A stretch of DNA of 64,000 nt from Bacillota bacterium. Lineage in GTDB: Bacteria > Bacillota > Clostridia > Acetivibrionales > DTU013. The position numbers and the translations under genes are program-made. Where the stretch lies: the NCBI GenBank assembly GCA_023411575.1, contig JAEYOP010000018.1:8441-72440 (forward strand), given 5' to 3'. This document shows positions 55,741-64,000 of this stretch, piece after piece. The notes under the pieces are model-generated. The model searched no databases. It was given only the letters and a program-made list of their open reading frames with translations, and was not told the DNA's origin. Numbering within the stretch: the stretch's first letter is position 1; every line of letters begins with the position of its first letter.

Positions 55741-55780
55741 AGTGGTTCAAATTGGTCCAAAGTGGTGCAAAGTGGATGAA
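55741..55780 (+). promoter_or_regulatory. Four 10-nt-phased direct repeats (candidate MraZ operator)
   Basis: AGTGGTTCAA, ATTGGTCCAA, AGTGGTGCAA and AGTGGATGAA are contiguous and start just downstream of the -10. A weaker fifth unit, GTTGAACGGT, follows. Confidence 0.6.
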
Positions 55781-55806
55781 GTTGAACGGTAAGAGGTGAA
55801 AAATCA

Positions 55807-56238
55807 TTGTTCTATGGGACGCATCAGCATACGATAGATCCGAAAGGCAGGGTGATTATTCCTGCTGCCTTCCGGGAGGATGGACTGTCGAAGCTGATGC
55901 TCACAAAGGCAACGGAGGATTGCCTTTTCATCTTCTCTATGGAACAGTGGCAAAAAATGTGCGCCAAGCTGGACGAACTGCAGGAATCGGACGATGATGC
56001 GCAGGATTTCCGAAGATGGTTTTATTCCAGCGCCGCCCTGTGTGAATTGGATAAAAACGCACGCATCCTGGTGCCGCCAGAGTTGAGAATCTATGCGAAC
56101 CTCGAAAAGGACATCACGATCATCGGTGTAGGATCCAGGGCCGAGGTATGGAATAAGTCCACCTGGGAAAATTATAGCAGGAAGGAATCCTTCGACCGCA
56201 AATCTCTCAAGGATACCATGAAGAAGCTCTTCCTTTAG
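55807..56238 (+). CDS. mraZ: Transcriptional regulator MraZ
   Basis: TTG start after SD AGAGGTG. The N-terminus (M)FYGTHQHTIDPKGRVIIPAAFRE and the duplicated SpoVT/AbrB-like halves (second copy ...LDKNARILVPPELR...) are diagnostic. Confidence 0.9.
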   Translation: MFYGTHQHTIDPKGRVIIPAAFREDGLSKLMLTKATEDCLFIFSMEQWQKMCAKLDELQESDDDAQDFRRWFYSSAALCELDKNARILVPPELRIYANLEKDITIIGVGSRAEVWNKSTWENYSRKESFDRKSLKDTMKKLFL

Positions 56239-56268
56239 GGCTTGCGGCGGGTTGCCGGGAGGAAATGG

Positions 56269-57207
56269 ATGGATTTCAGGCACAGACCGGTTCTGCTGGA
56301 CGAATGCATAGAAAGTTTGAATATAAAAAGCGACGGGGTTTACCTGGACGGTACCCTCGGGGGGGCGGGACATTCCTCCGAGATCCTCAAAAAGCTGGAC
56401 AAGGGTACCCTGGTCGGAATGGACCAGGACGGTTTCGCCCTTGAGGTTTCGGGAGAAAGGCTAAAAAAGATCCAGGGAACCGCCGGGCTCGTTCTGATAA
56501 GGGGAAATTTCCGGAATATGGCCCGGTTGCTCAAAGATCATGGAATAAACGGGGTAGACGGCATCCTGCTCGATATCGGGGTGTCATCGCACCAACTCGA
56601 CGAAGCGGAGCGCGGCTTCAGCTACCAGCAGGATTCGCCGCTGGACATGCGAATGGACAGGACAAGCCGTCTGGATGCGGCAACCATCGTCAATACCTAT
56701 GACGAAAGGGCGATCAAGGATATCATACGGGAATACGGGGAAGAAAACTGGGCAGCCAGAATCGCTTCCTTCATTATAAAAGCAAGAAGCGAAAGAAAGC
56801 TTGAGACGACCGGACAACTGGTCGAGATCATAAAGGCGGCAATACCGGCGCCGGCGAGACGGGAGGGGCCGCACCCCGCAAAAAGGACCTTCCAGGCGCT
56901 GCGGATCGCGGTGAACGACGAGCTTGGAGCGCTGAAGGAAGCGCTGGACGGCGCGGTGCAGATCCTGAAGCCGGGAGGAAGGCTGAGCGTCATCACCTTC
57001 CACTCCCTGGAGGACCGGATCGTGAAAACCGAGTTCCAACGAAGAGAAAAACCCTGCACCTGCCCGCCGTCGTTTCCGGTGTGCGTATGCGGGAAGAAGC
57101 CGGAACTGAAGGTGCTTACCAGGAAGCCGGTGCTCCCTTCGGAAGAGGAACTGGAACAGAACCCGAGAGCAAGGAGCGCCAAGCTGAGAACGGCGCAAAA
57201 GCTTTAA
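56269..57207 (+). CDS. rsmH: 16S rRNA (cytosine1402-N4)-methyltransferase RsmH
   Basis: HRPVLLDE and the SAM motif DGTLGGAGHS are present. The C-terminal ...NPRARSAKLR is typical of RsmH/MraW. Confidence 0.9.
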   Translation: MDFRHRPVLLDECIESLNIKSDGVYLDGTLGGAGHSSEILKKLDKGTLVGMDQDGFALEVSGERLKKIQGTAGLVLIRGNFRNMARLLKDHGINGVDGILLDIGVSSHQLDEAERGFSYQQDSPLDMRMDRTSRLDAATIVNTYDERAIKDIIREYGEENWAARIASFIIKARSERKLETTGQLVEIIKAAIPAPARREGPHPAKRTFQALRIAVNDELGALKEALDGAVQILKPGGRLSVITFHSLEDRIVKTEFQRREKPCTCPPSFPVCVCGKKPELKVLTRKPVLPSEEELEQNPRARSAKLRTAQKL

Positions 57208-57240
57208 AGACATGGCAACCAAAGATTAAATCTATGATAT

Positions 57241-57545
57241 ACATTGGACAAGCACGGAAGAGGCAAAGGAAGAAAGAAGGAGACACGAAGGAAGAAAACC
57301 CAAAATACGAAGGATGAAAACCGACAGACACGAAAGAAGAAAGCTAGCAGGTACAAAGGAAGAAAGCAAAAACACCAAAGAAGAAATTTTAAAAAACACC
57401 AAGGCAAAAAGGGACTGTACGAATTAAAACCCCAGCATTGCACGAAAGAGGAAAATACAAAAGAGGAATACCGGAAAAAACGGAAGCTTCAGAACACAAA
57501 AGAAAAACAAGACAAGATCACGAAAGACAAGACAACAGATGAGTT
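57241..57545 (+). repeat. T-depleted A/G-rich low-complexity tract with degenerate ~20-24-nt units
   Basis: My hand count gives 22 T in the 300 nt from 57241 to 57540. Recurrent units resemble ACACGAAGGAAGAAAAC, and I counted 11 GGA triplets. Confidence 0.8.
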
Positions 57546-57548
57546 TGT

Positions 57549-57582
57549 TACCGGGGACTCCCCGCAAGGCCGGTCCCCGGTA
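57549..57582 (+). terminator. GC-rich hairpin (terminator or attenuator-like) closing the A/G-rich tract
   Basis: The TACCGGGGA / TCCCCGGTA 9-bp stem has a 16-nt loop and is followed by TTGCTTTG. A second, shorter hairpin, CCGGG-CGCT-CCCGG (57596-57609), is followed by GCTTTGCTTT. Confidence 0.4.
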
Positions 57583-57655
57583 TTGCTTTGAAGGGCCGGG
57601 CGCTCCCGGGGCTTTGCTTTCCGTAGTGCATAAATCAATGCCGAGGTGAATACAA

Positions 57656-58177
57656 TTGATACAAAAGGATTACGAATATGTACAGGGTTCGGCTGCCAGG
57701 CAGCTTCAGACGGAGGTTCCGGAGACAAGGCGGACCCACTATGATGTGTACGAGCAGAACTCCGTACTGAAGGCGAAAAAACAATACAAGGATAACCGTA
57801 AATCCAAGCTTAAGCTGGTATTGTCCGTCCTTGCCGTATTTGTTGCGACTCTTGCGGTCATGTACCGGTTTGCGCTGATTACCCAGTTAAGCTATAATAT
57901 CAGCCAGAAAGAAGCAACCTACAATGAGCTTCGGAATGCAAATTCGATCCTGAAGGTCGAAATCGAAACCGGGACGGATCTTGCCGAAATAAAGGAAATC
58001 GCGGAAACCAGGCTTGGCATGCAGAAGCCGGATAAAAACCAGATCGTGTACATAAAGGTTCCCAGAACGGATTACACGGTTGTAATGAATACGCAGGACG
58101 GGGCGGCAATCGGAAGCGGCAATCTCCTCAAGGCGTTCATCTACAAATTGTCCGGACTGATCAGGCTTTTCGAGTAA
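57656..58177 (+). CDS. ftsL: Cell-division protein FtsL-like (bitopic, coiled coil)
   Basis: TTG start after SD GAGGTG. It has a basic N-terminus, a single TM (LVLSVLAVFVATLAVMY) and a coiled-coil region (NELRNANSILKVEIE). It occupies the position between rsmH and the PBP gene. Confidence 0.7.
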   Translation: MIQKDYEYVQGSAARQLQTEVPETRRTHYDVYEQNSVLKAKKQYKDNRKSKLKLVLSVLAVFVATLAVMYRFALITQLSYNISQKEATYNELRNANSILKVEIETGTDLAEIKEIAETRLGMQKPDKNQIVYIKVPRTDYTVVMNTQDGAAIGSGNLLKAFIYKLSGLIRLFE

Positions 58178-58346
58178 CGATGCCCAAGGTCGCCGCCGCG
58201 CTGGAGAGGGATATGTCCTACGTAAACAAAAGAAATGAATAGACTGTGGATAGTGTAAAAAGAATTTTTTGCATGGTCTATGGTCTTTTTTATTACAGAA
58301 CGGTCTTCCGCCACAGGGAATGTTTATTCAGGAATTGCAGGGGGGA

Positions 58347-60566
58347 ATGGATTTGGCTGCTCCAAGTCTTGGCATAAAAAAAAGATTGCTCTTCATGCTT
58401 GCCGTTTTCGCGCTGATTGTCGTGGTCCTCATGGGAAGGCTGGCCTACATCCAGTTCGTGCAGGGCACCGAACTCCAGAAAAAAGCCTACAAGCAGCAGA
58501 ATACCGGCAGGACCATCAGCCCCATCCGGGGCACGATCTTCGACCGGAACGGCAAGAAGCTTGCGATCAGCGTCCAGGTGGCCACGATCACCTGCAACCC
58601 CAACGAGATCGGCACCAAGAATGCCAAGCTGACGGCGGACGAGATCGCCGACGGGCTGGCGCCCCTGCTTTCCATGGACCGGAATGAGATCAAGCGGCTG
58701 ATCACCAAAAAAACCAATTATGTCACCATCAAGAGAAAGGTCGATGAGGCGACCGAGGATGGAGTCCGAAAATGGATTTCCGCCAAAAACGTACGCGGGA
58801 TCAATATCGATGAAGATTCCAAAAGATACTACCCCAACAGCAACCTGCTTTCCCACGTGCTTGGATTTACAGGCGACGACAACCAGGGGCTGATGGGCGG
58901 CGTCGAAGACGTGATGGAAAAATACCTGAAGGGCGTGCCGGGGAAGATCCTCAGCGAAGTGGACGCCAAAGGCAGGGCGGTGCCTTCGGACACCGAAAAG
59001 AGGATCGACGCCCAGGACGGCCTCAACGTCGTGCTGACCATTGATCAAACCATCCAGTACCTGGCGTCGAAAACGCTGGAGAAGGCCATCGAGGACTACA
59101 AGGTCAAGCAGGGCGGCGTAGCGATCGTGCTGGATCCGAAAACCGGAGACATTCTCGCCCTGGTATCCAAACCGGACTATGACCTGAACAATCCGTACGC
59201 GCTGCCGAAAAACCTGCCGGAGAGCATCGCGCAGGAGGATATAGCAAACTGGGTCGCAGGCAGCACCAAATCCGTCAATATCCTGAGCAAGACGGTATGG
59301 CGCGACAAGGCAATTTCCGATACCTACGAGCCGGGCTCCACCTTCAAGACCATTACGACCTCCGCAGGCCTGGAAGAAGGTCTGGTGACCCCGGAAACCA
59401 TCACCAACGATATGCCCATCAAGGTAGCGGGCTGGCCGAAGCCGATCTATTGCTGGAGAAAGGGAAGGGAACACGGCACGGAGACCTTCCGGGAAGCGGT
59501 GGTCAATTCCTGCAACCCGGCCTTCGTAAAGGTGGCGCAAAGCCTTGGGATCAGCCGATTCTACGGATATGTCAGAGCCTTCGGCTTCAACGACAAAACC
59601 GGTATCGACCTGAAAGGGGAAAGCAAGTCCATCTTCCAGGCAAACAAAAAGGAAATCGATATGGCGGTGGCCTCCTTCGGACAGCGCTTCACCATCACGC
59701 CCATCCAGCTTGCCACGGCCTACACGGCGGTGGTGAACGGCGGCAAGCTCATGAAGCCGAGGCTGGTCAAGGAACTGACCGATTCGGAAGGGAACATTGT
59801 GAAGAAATTTGAGCCGGAGGTGGTCCGGACCGTCCTTTCGCAGCAAACCTCCGATACCGTGCGGAGCCTGCTGGAAAGCGTCGTCTCCACGCCGAACGGC
59901 ACAGGAAACGGCGCCTACGTCAAAGGCTACAGGATCGCCGGCAAGACCGGCACCTCCGAAACCACCCAGAAGGATGTGCATATTGCTTCCTTCTGTGGCT
60001 TTGCTCCGGCCGACGACCCGCAGATCATCACCCTCGTGGTGCTTTTCGACCCCAAGGGCGAGTCTTATATGGGTGGGCAAATTGCGGCGCCTACGGCGGG
60101 GAAGATCATGGAGGATGTGCTGAACTATCTGCAGGTGGAAAGAAAATATACGGAGGAGGACTTGAAGGCCATGACGAAGGAGGTCCTGGTGCCGGAGGTC
60201 CGCAAGGCGACGGTGGAGGATGCGGTAAATCAACTGAAGAAAGCCGGATTGAATTATAGAATAGAAGGAAATGGAAATAATAAGAGCATTGTAATGGAAC
60301 AGACGCCCAAACCGGACGCCCTGGTCCCCGAAAAATCCATGGTGATCCTGTATACCTACAAGCCGGAGCAGGAGGTCACCGTAGCCATGCCCGACCTGAA
60401 GAACAAGTCCATGTCGGAAGCCATCGACGCCATGAACCGGATCGGGCTGAACATCAGGGTAAGCGGCAAGGGCGTGGTCTTCCGGCAGGAATATCCGGAA
60501 GGCACGATGCTGGAAAAGGGCAGGGTGGTAGAGGTATCCTTCAGGAACATTGACAATATCGAATAA
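58347..60566 (+). CDS. Class B penicillin-binding protein (FtsI/PBP2B/SpoVD-type) with two PASTA domains
   Basis: The transpeptidase motifs STFK, SCN and KTGT are present, followed by two C-terminal PASTA repeats. The start is uncertain (58269, 58320, 58347 and 58353 are all in frame), and the TM begins at LLFMLAVFALIVVVL. Confidence 0.85.
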   Translation: MDLAAPSLGIKKRLLFMLAVFALIVVVLMGRLAYIQFVQGTELQKKAYKQQNTGRTISPIRGTIFDRNGKKLAISVQVATITCNPNEIGTKNAKLTADEIADGLAPLLSMDRNEIKRLITKKTNYVTIKRKVDEATEDGVRKWISAKNVRGINIDEDSKRYYPNSNLLSHVLGFTGDDNQGLMGGVEDVMEKYLKGVPGKILSEVDAKGRAVPSDTEKRIDAQDGLNVVLTIDQTIQYLASKTLEKAIEDYKVKQGGVAIVLDPKTGDILALVSKPDYDLNNPYALPKNLPESIAQEDIANWVAGSTKSVNILSKTVWRDKAISDTYEPGSTFKTITTSAGLEEGLVTPETITNDMPIKVAGWPKPIYCWRKGREHGTETFREAVVNSCNPAFVKVAQSLGISRFYGYVRAFGFNDKTGIDLKGESKSIFQANKKEIDMAVASFGQRFTITPIQLATAYTAVVNGGKLMKPRLVKELTDSEGNIVKKFEPEVVRTVLSQQTSDTVRSLLESVVSTPNGTGNGAYVKGYRIAGKTGTSETTQKDVHIASFCGFAPADDPQIITLVVLFDPKGESYMGGQIAAPTAGKIMEDVLNYLQVERKYTEEDLKAMTKEVLVPEVRKATVEDAVNQLKKAGLNYRIEGNGNNKSIVMEQTPKPDALVPEKSMVILYTYKPEQEVTVAMPDLKNKSMSEAIDAMNRIGLNIRVSGKGVVFRQEYPEGTMLEKGRVVEVSFRNIDNIE

Positions 60567-60603
60567 ATCCCGGAGACGCAGGCCGGAATCCAGGAGGTCA
60601 GAC

Positions 60604-62055
60604 ATGTTGTTGGCTGAATTGGTCGGAGGACTCGATATTACAAATGCGAAGGGCGAAGGGAACATCGAGATAAACGGCGTTGCGTACGATTCGAGAAAAG
60701 TGGAAGAGGGGAACGTATTTGTCTGTATAGACGGAATGACCACCGACGGGCACGATTACGCGGAGGAGGCGCTGAAAAACGGCGCCGCGGCGTTGATCGC
60801 GCAAAAGGAAATTCTTGCGCCGGAAGGGGTGCCGGTCCTCCGGACGGAGGATACGCGCAAGGCGCTGGCGCAGGTTTCGGACCGGTTTTACGGCCACCCT
60901 TCGGGGAGGTTCCGGCTGATCGGCGTAACGGGCACAAAGGGCAAAACGACAACCACCTTTATGATAAAGGCCATCCAGGAGGCGGCGGGCAGGAAAACCG
61001 GGCTGATCGGAACCCTGGGGACGAAGATCGGCGGGCGGGAAGTGCACTCGGAGCGCACGACCCCGGAGTCCCTGGAGCTTCAGATGCTGTTCTCGCAAAT
61101 GTCGCAGGAAGGCGTGGAGGACGTGGCGATGGAGGTTTCCTCGCAGGGGCTCGCGCTGCAGAGGGTGGCCGCCTGCGAATTCGACACCGGCGTGTTCACC
61201 AACCTGAGCCGGGACCATATCGGACAGAAGGAGCACGCGTCGATGGAGGAGTACCTGCAGGCCAAGTGCAGGCTTTTTAAAATGTGCAGGAGGGGCCTTG
61301 TCAACCTGGACAGCGAATATGCGGGCAAGGTCATGGAAGAGGCGGAATGCGGCGTCATGACCTTTGGCATCCGTGAAAAAGCGGACATCCGGGCTTACGA
61401 CATCGTTAAAATGCCGCGGCACGTGGAGTTTTCCATCGCGTCGCCCTGGTACGGCGGCCGGCTCCGGGTGAACATCCCGGGCGGGTTCAGCGTTTACAAC
61501 GCACTGGCGGCGGCTGGCGTGAGCGGCCTGCTGGGAACATCCCGGGAGGCCGTGGAGGCGGGGCTCGCATCCGTGCAGGTGCCGGGCAGGGCCGAATCGG
61601 TGGATACAGGACGGGATTTCAGTGTTATAATAGATTATGCTCATACGCCGGACAGCCTGGAGAACATTCTGGCAACGGTCCGGGATTACGCCGCCGGGCG
61701 GGTTGTGTGCATCTTCGGCTGCGGAGGAGACCGGGACAGGGCCAAGCGGCCCATGATGGGCGCCATCTCGGGCCGGCTGGCGGATTATACGGTCCTCACG
61801 TCCGATAACCCAAGGACGGAGGAGCCGGATTCCATCCTCCGGCAGATCGAGGAAGGCATAAAAGCGACCGGCGGGAAATATACATGCATCAGAGACAGGC
61901 GCGAGGCGATCCGGCACGCCATCCGCGGCGCAGGCCCGGGGGACGTGCTGGTGCTGGCGGGGAAGGGTCACGAGACCTACCAGATCTTCCACGACAGGAC
62001 CATCTGTTTCGATGAGCGGGAAGTGGTCCGGGAGCTGCTGAAGGAGCCGGATTAA
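60604..62055 (+). CDS. murE: UDP-MurNAc-L-Ala-D-Glu:meso-diaminopimelate ligase MurE
   Basis: The ATG follows SD AGGAGG. The P-loop is GVTGTKGKTTT, and the DNPR motif (LTSDNPRTE) is associated with meso-DAP specificity. Confidence 0.9.
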   Translation: MLLAELVGGLDITNAKGEGNIEINGVAYDSRKVEEGNVFVCIDGMTTDGHDYAEEALKNGAAALIAQKEILAPEGVPVLRTEDTRKALAQVSDRFYGHPSGRFRLIGVTGTKGKTTTTFMIKAIQEAAGRKTGLIGTLGTKIGGREVHSERTTPESLELQMLFSQMSQEGVEDVAMEVSSQGLALQRVAACEFDTGVFTNLSRDHIGQKEHASMEEYLQAKCRLFKMCRRGLVNLDSEYAGKVMEEAECGVMTFGIREKADIRAYDIVKMPRHVEFSIASPWYGGRLRVNIPGGFSVYNALAAAGVSGLLGTSREAVEAGLASVQVPGRAESVDTGRDFSVIIDYAHTPDSLENILATVRDYAAGRVVCIFGCGGDRDRAKRPMMGAISGRLADYTVLTSDNPRTEEPDSILRQIEEGIKATGGKYTCIRDRREAIRHAIRGAGPGDVLVLAGKGHETYQIFHDRTICFDEREVVRELLKEPD

Positions 62056-62157
62056 TCGGTACCCGGTTAATCCGGCGAGCCGAGTTGACCGGATCATCCG
62101 GTTTGCCGGATGATCCCGGGGGTCGAACGAAGGAATTGAAATACAATATACGGGGGA

Positions 62158-63159
62158 ATGAATTTGGAGATCAACTTTTTTACATCACCGCAGGTACTGG
62201 CCTTTGCCGTTACATTCCTGCTTTCGCTCATAACGGGACCGGTCGTCATACCCATGCTCCGGCGCTTGAAATTCGGCCAGACCATCCGGGACGACGGCCC
62301 GGCGACCCATCTGAAAAAGATGGGCATCCCGACGATCGGAGGCCTGATTTTCATTCTTCCGATGATCCTGGTCACGCTTTATTTTGCGCCGAAGGTTCCG
62401 GAAATCGTGCCGCTTTTGCTCGTGACCCTGAGCTTCTCGGCCATCGGCCTGGTGGACGACCTGATCAAGGTCATCAAAAAGAACAAGGACGGATTAAACC
62501 CGAGGCAGAAAACGGCCGGCCAGTTTCTGGTCTCCACGGCGTTCGCCTTTTACGTCGCATTCACCCCGTCCCTGGGCACGGGGATGATCATTCCGTTCCT
62601 GGGCGTGGACGCTGTGGTGGAGCTGCCCATATGGCTGTTTATCCCGTTGATCATAGCCACCATGTACCTGATCGTCAACTCGGTGAATTTTACGGATGGG
62701 GTGGACGGCCTGGCGGCCGGAGTGACACTGATCGTAACGGTTTTCTTTACGATCGTTGCGATGGTGCGGAACGAATGGGATGTGGTAAAGCTCCTCTGCT
62801 CCATTACGGCGGGCGGCTGCCTCGGCTTTCTCGCCTTCAACAGTTACCCGGCGAAGGTCATCATGGGCGATACGGGGTCCATGGCGCTCGGCGGGGTGGT
62901 GGGAGCCGCGGCGGTCGTGATGAAGATGCCGTGGATTCTCCTGGTCGTCGGGGCGATCTATGCGGTGGAAAGCCTGTCCGTCTTCATTCAGGTGACCTCC
63001 TTCAAGATGAGGGGCAAGCGGGTCTTTAAAATGGCTCCGCTGCATCACCACTTTGAATTGTCGGGGTGGAAGGAAACCAAGGTGGTTACGGTATTCTGGC
63101 TGATTACGGTCATACTGTGCCTTATAGGCTTTGCGACGCTCCGGTTCCGGTTTTTCTGA
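62158..63159 (+). CDS. mraY: Phospho-MurNAc-pentapeptide translocase MraY
   Basis: A 10-TM protein with the NFTDGVDGLAAG and MGDTGSMALGG motifs and HHHFEL near the C-terminus. Confidence 0.9.
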   Translation: MNLEINFFTSPQVLAFAVTFLLSLITGPVVIPMLRRLKFGQTIRDDGPATHLKKMGIPTIGGLIFILPMILVTLYFAPKVPEIVPLLLVTLSFSAIGLVDDLIKVIKKNKDGLNPRQKTAGQFLVSTAFAFYVAFTPSLGTGMIIPFLGVDAVVELPIWLFIPLIIATMYLIVNSVNFTDGVDGLAAGVTLIVTVFFTIVAMVRNEWDVVKLLCSITAGGCLGFLAFNSYPAKVIMGDTGSMALGGVVGAAAVVMKMPWILLVVGAIYAVESLSVFIQVTSFKMRGKRVFKMAPLHHHFELSGWKETKVVTVFWLITVILCLIGFATLRFRFF

Positions 63160-63215
63160 CGGCCGGAAGCCGCAGGAAGTTACAGGATAAAAATGGGAGT
63201 TACGGAGGTTTGTAG

Positions 63216-64000
63216 ATGAAGGAGAAAAAGCCGTTTGATTTCTGGCTTTTCATAACAGTGCTGATCCTGCTTTCGCTGGGGCTGGTAATGGTATTCAGCG
63301 CCAGCGCGCCGACAGCCCAGAAGGAGTACGGCGATATTTACTTTTATATTAAAAAGCAGCTGAAATTTGCCTTTGCAGGGGTTGTGCTGATGCTGCTCGC
63401 AGCCAATTACGACTACCGCAAATTCGGCAGGAAGACGGTCCTGGCGCTGATGGGGGCCAGTCTCGTGCTGCTTGTGGCGGTGCTCATTCCGGGGATCGGG
63501 CGCGAAATAAACGGCTCCTGGAGATGGATCTATTTCGGCTCCGTTCCGTTCCAGCCCTCCGAAATGGCAAAGATGGCGCTGATCCTGTATCTGGCGTATT
63601 ATCTTTCCAAGCGGAAAAAACCCCTTGAGACCCTGTTCGGGGATTTGTTGCCCTATCTCTTCGTCATTGGCCTGATCGCGCTGCTGCTTCTGCGGGAGAC
63701 TCATCTGAGCGCAACGATCATCATGATTTCCATTGCCGTGATCATCCTTTTTGTGGCGGGAGCGAAAATCAAGCACTTCCTCCTCCTGGCCGCGCCGGTG
63801 CTTGCGGTGCTGGTGGCCGTCATCTCCTTCACGGACTACATGACGCCGCGTATCAATTCCTACCTGAACCCGTGGAGCAATCCCAAGGGTGAAGGCTGGC
63901 AGACGATCCAGTCCCTTTATGCCATCGGATCGGGCGGATTGTTCGGCAGGGGGCTGGGCCAGAGCATGCAGAAGTTTCTCTATATTCCCGAGCCGCACAA
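63216..64000 (+). CDS. ftsW: SEDS-family FtsW/SpoVE protein (3' end outside the window)
   Basis: The ATG follows SD ACGGAGG. The translation MKEKKPFDFWLFITVLILLSLGLVMVFSAS...FQPSEMAKMALILY... matches FtsW/SpoVE, and the frame is open to the window end. It is absent from the ORF track because it has no stop. Confidence 0.8.
   Translation, partial: MKEKKPFDFWLFITVLILLSLGLVMVFSASAPTAQKEYGDIYFYIKKQLKFAFAGVVLMLLAANYDYRKFGRKTVLALMGASLVLLVAVLIPGIGREINGSWRWIYFGSVPFQPSEMAKMALILYLAYYLSKRKKPLETLFGDLLPYLFVIGLIALLLLRETHLSATIIMISIAVIILFVAGAKIKHFLLLAAPVLAVLVAVISFTDYMTPRINSYLNPWSNPKGEGWQTIQSLYAIGSGGLFGRGLGQSMQKFLYIPEPH

Noticed and set aside
57244-57591. 115-aa extremely basic K/R/E/T/Q-rich ORF (with the overlapping 57081-57317 frame) between rsmH and ftsL.
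   Set aside because: It uses a TTG start with no SD. The frames stay open largely because the tract is T-poor. I therefore treat it as a compositional artefact rather than a CDS, but I flagged the tract itself as a finding and list proteomics as a test.
58293-60743. 816-aa ORF antisense to the PBP gene. Similar long antisense ORFs occur at 60598-62097, 5726-7165, 7358-8878, 15860-17224, 17170-18462, 9935-10939, 40449-41417, 42250-43296, 22233-23186, 36112-36888, 37729-38595 and 63180-63998.
   Set aside because: Each mirrors a sense-strand gene that has clear family motifs. Their translations are R/G/P/H/D-rich and low-complexity, with no recognisable domains and no SD at the starts. Long stop-free antisense frames are expected in GC-rich coding DNA.
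62085-63029. 314-aa plus-strand ORF overlapping mraY in another frame. Similar alternative-frame ORFs lie inside well-supported genes (for example 2301-2729, 21698-22447, 13073-13576 and 11826-12284).
   Set aside because: The translations are R/G/P-rich with no motifs, and the overlapped frames encode complete, motif-bearing proteins.

Overview
The window looks like a chromosomal segment from a spore-forming Firmicute, probably Clostridia. Supporting this are Gram-positive lipobox solute-binding proteins, YesM/YesN-type two-component systems, a Spo0E-like ORF, a PASTA-bearing PBP and a Bacillus-like dcw order. Content from left to right:
- hypD (5' partial) and hypE.
- A YknWXYZ-like four-gene ABC efflux module.
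- Housekeeping and transport genes: MFS transporters, a PLP decarboxylase, EamA, VanW, a MarR plus TetA-like MFS pair, a GGDEF cyclase, an M16 peptidase pair, lgt, and a SEDS protein.
- About 34 kb of carbohydrate-utilisation genes in three modules:
  - GH95 plus a DapA-family aldolase, a two-component system and an ABC importer.
  - A membrane-bound AraC regulator, an LplABC-like importer, an esterase, GH105, GH28, CE8 and GH43.
- A markedly lower-GC module: serine hydrolase, TIM-barrel isomerase, a second GH105, a two-component system, and an ABC importer with an unusual binding protein.
- The start of the dcw cluster: mraZ, rsmH, ftsL, pbp, murE, mraY and a 3'-partial ftsW.

I saw no rRNA, tRNA, CRISPR array, transposase, integrase or recognisable defence system. 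The candidates most worth follow-up are:
- A T-depleted A/G-rich tract with twin hairpins between rsmH and ftsL.
- A 960-aa kinase with a duplicated sensor module.
- A kinase-less, receiver-less sensor-AraC fusion.
- A Big_2-fused binding protein with no lipobox.
- A nested 143-nt hairpin in an operon leader.
- The compositional mosaic next to the dcw cluster.

All calls rest on reading the translations and sequence by eye. No database search was run.
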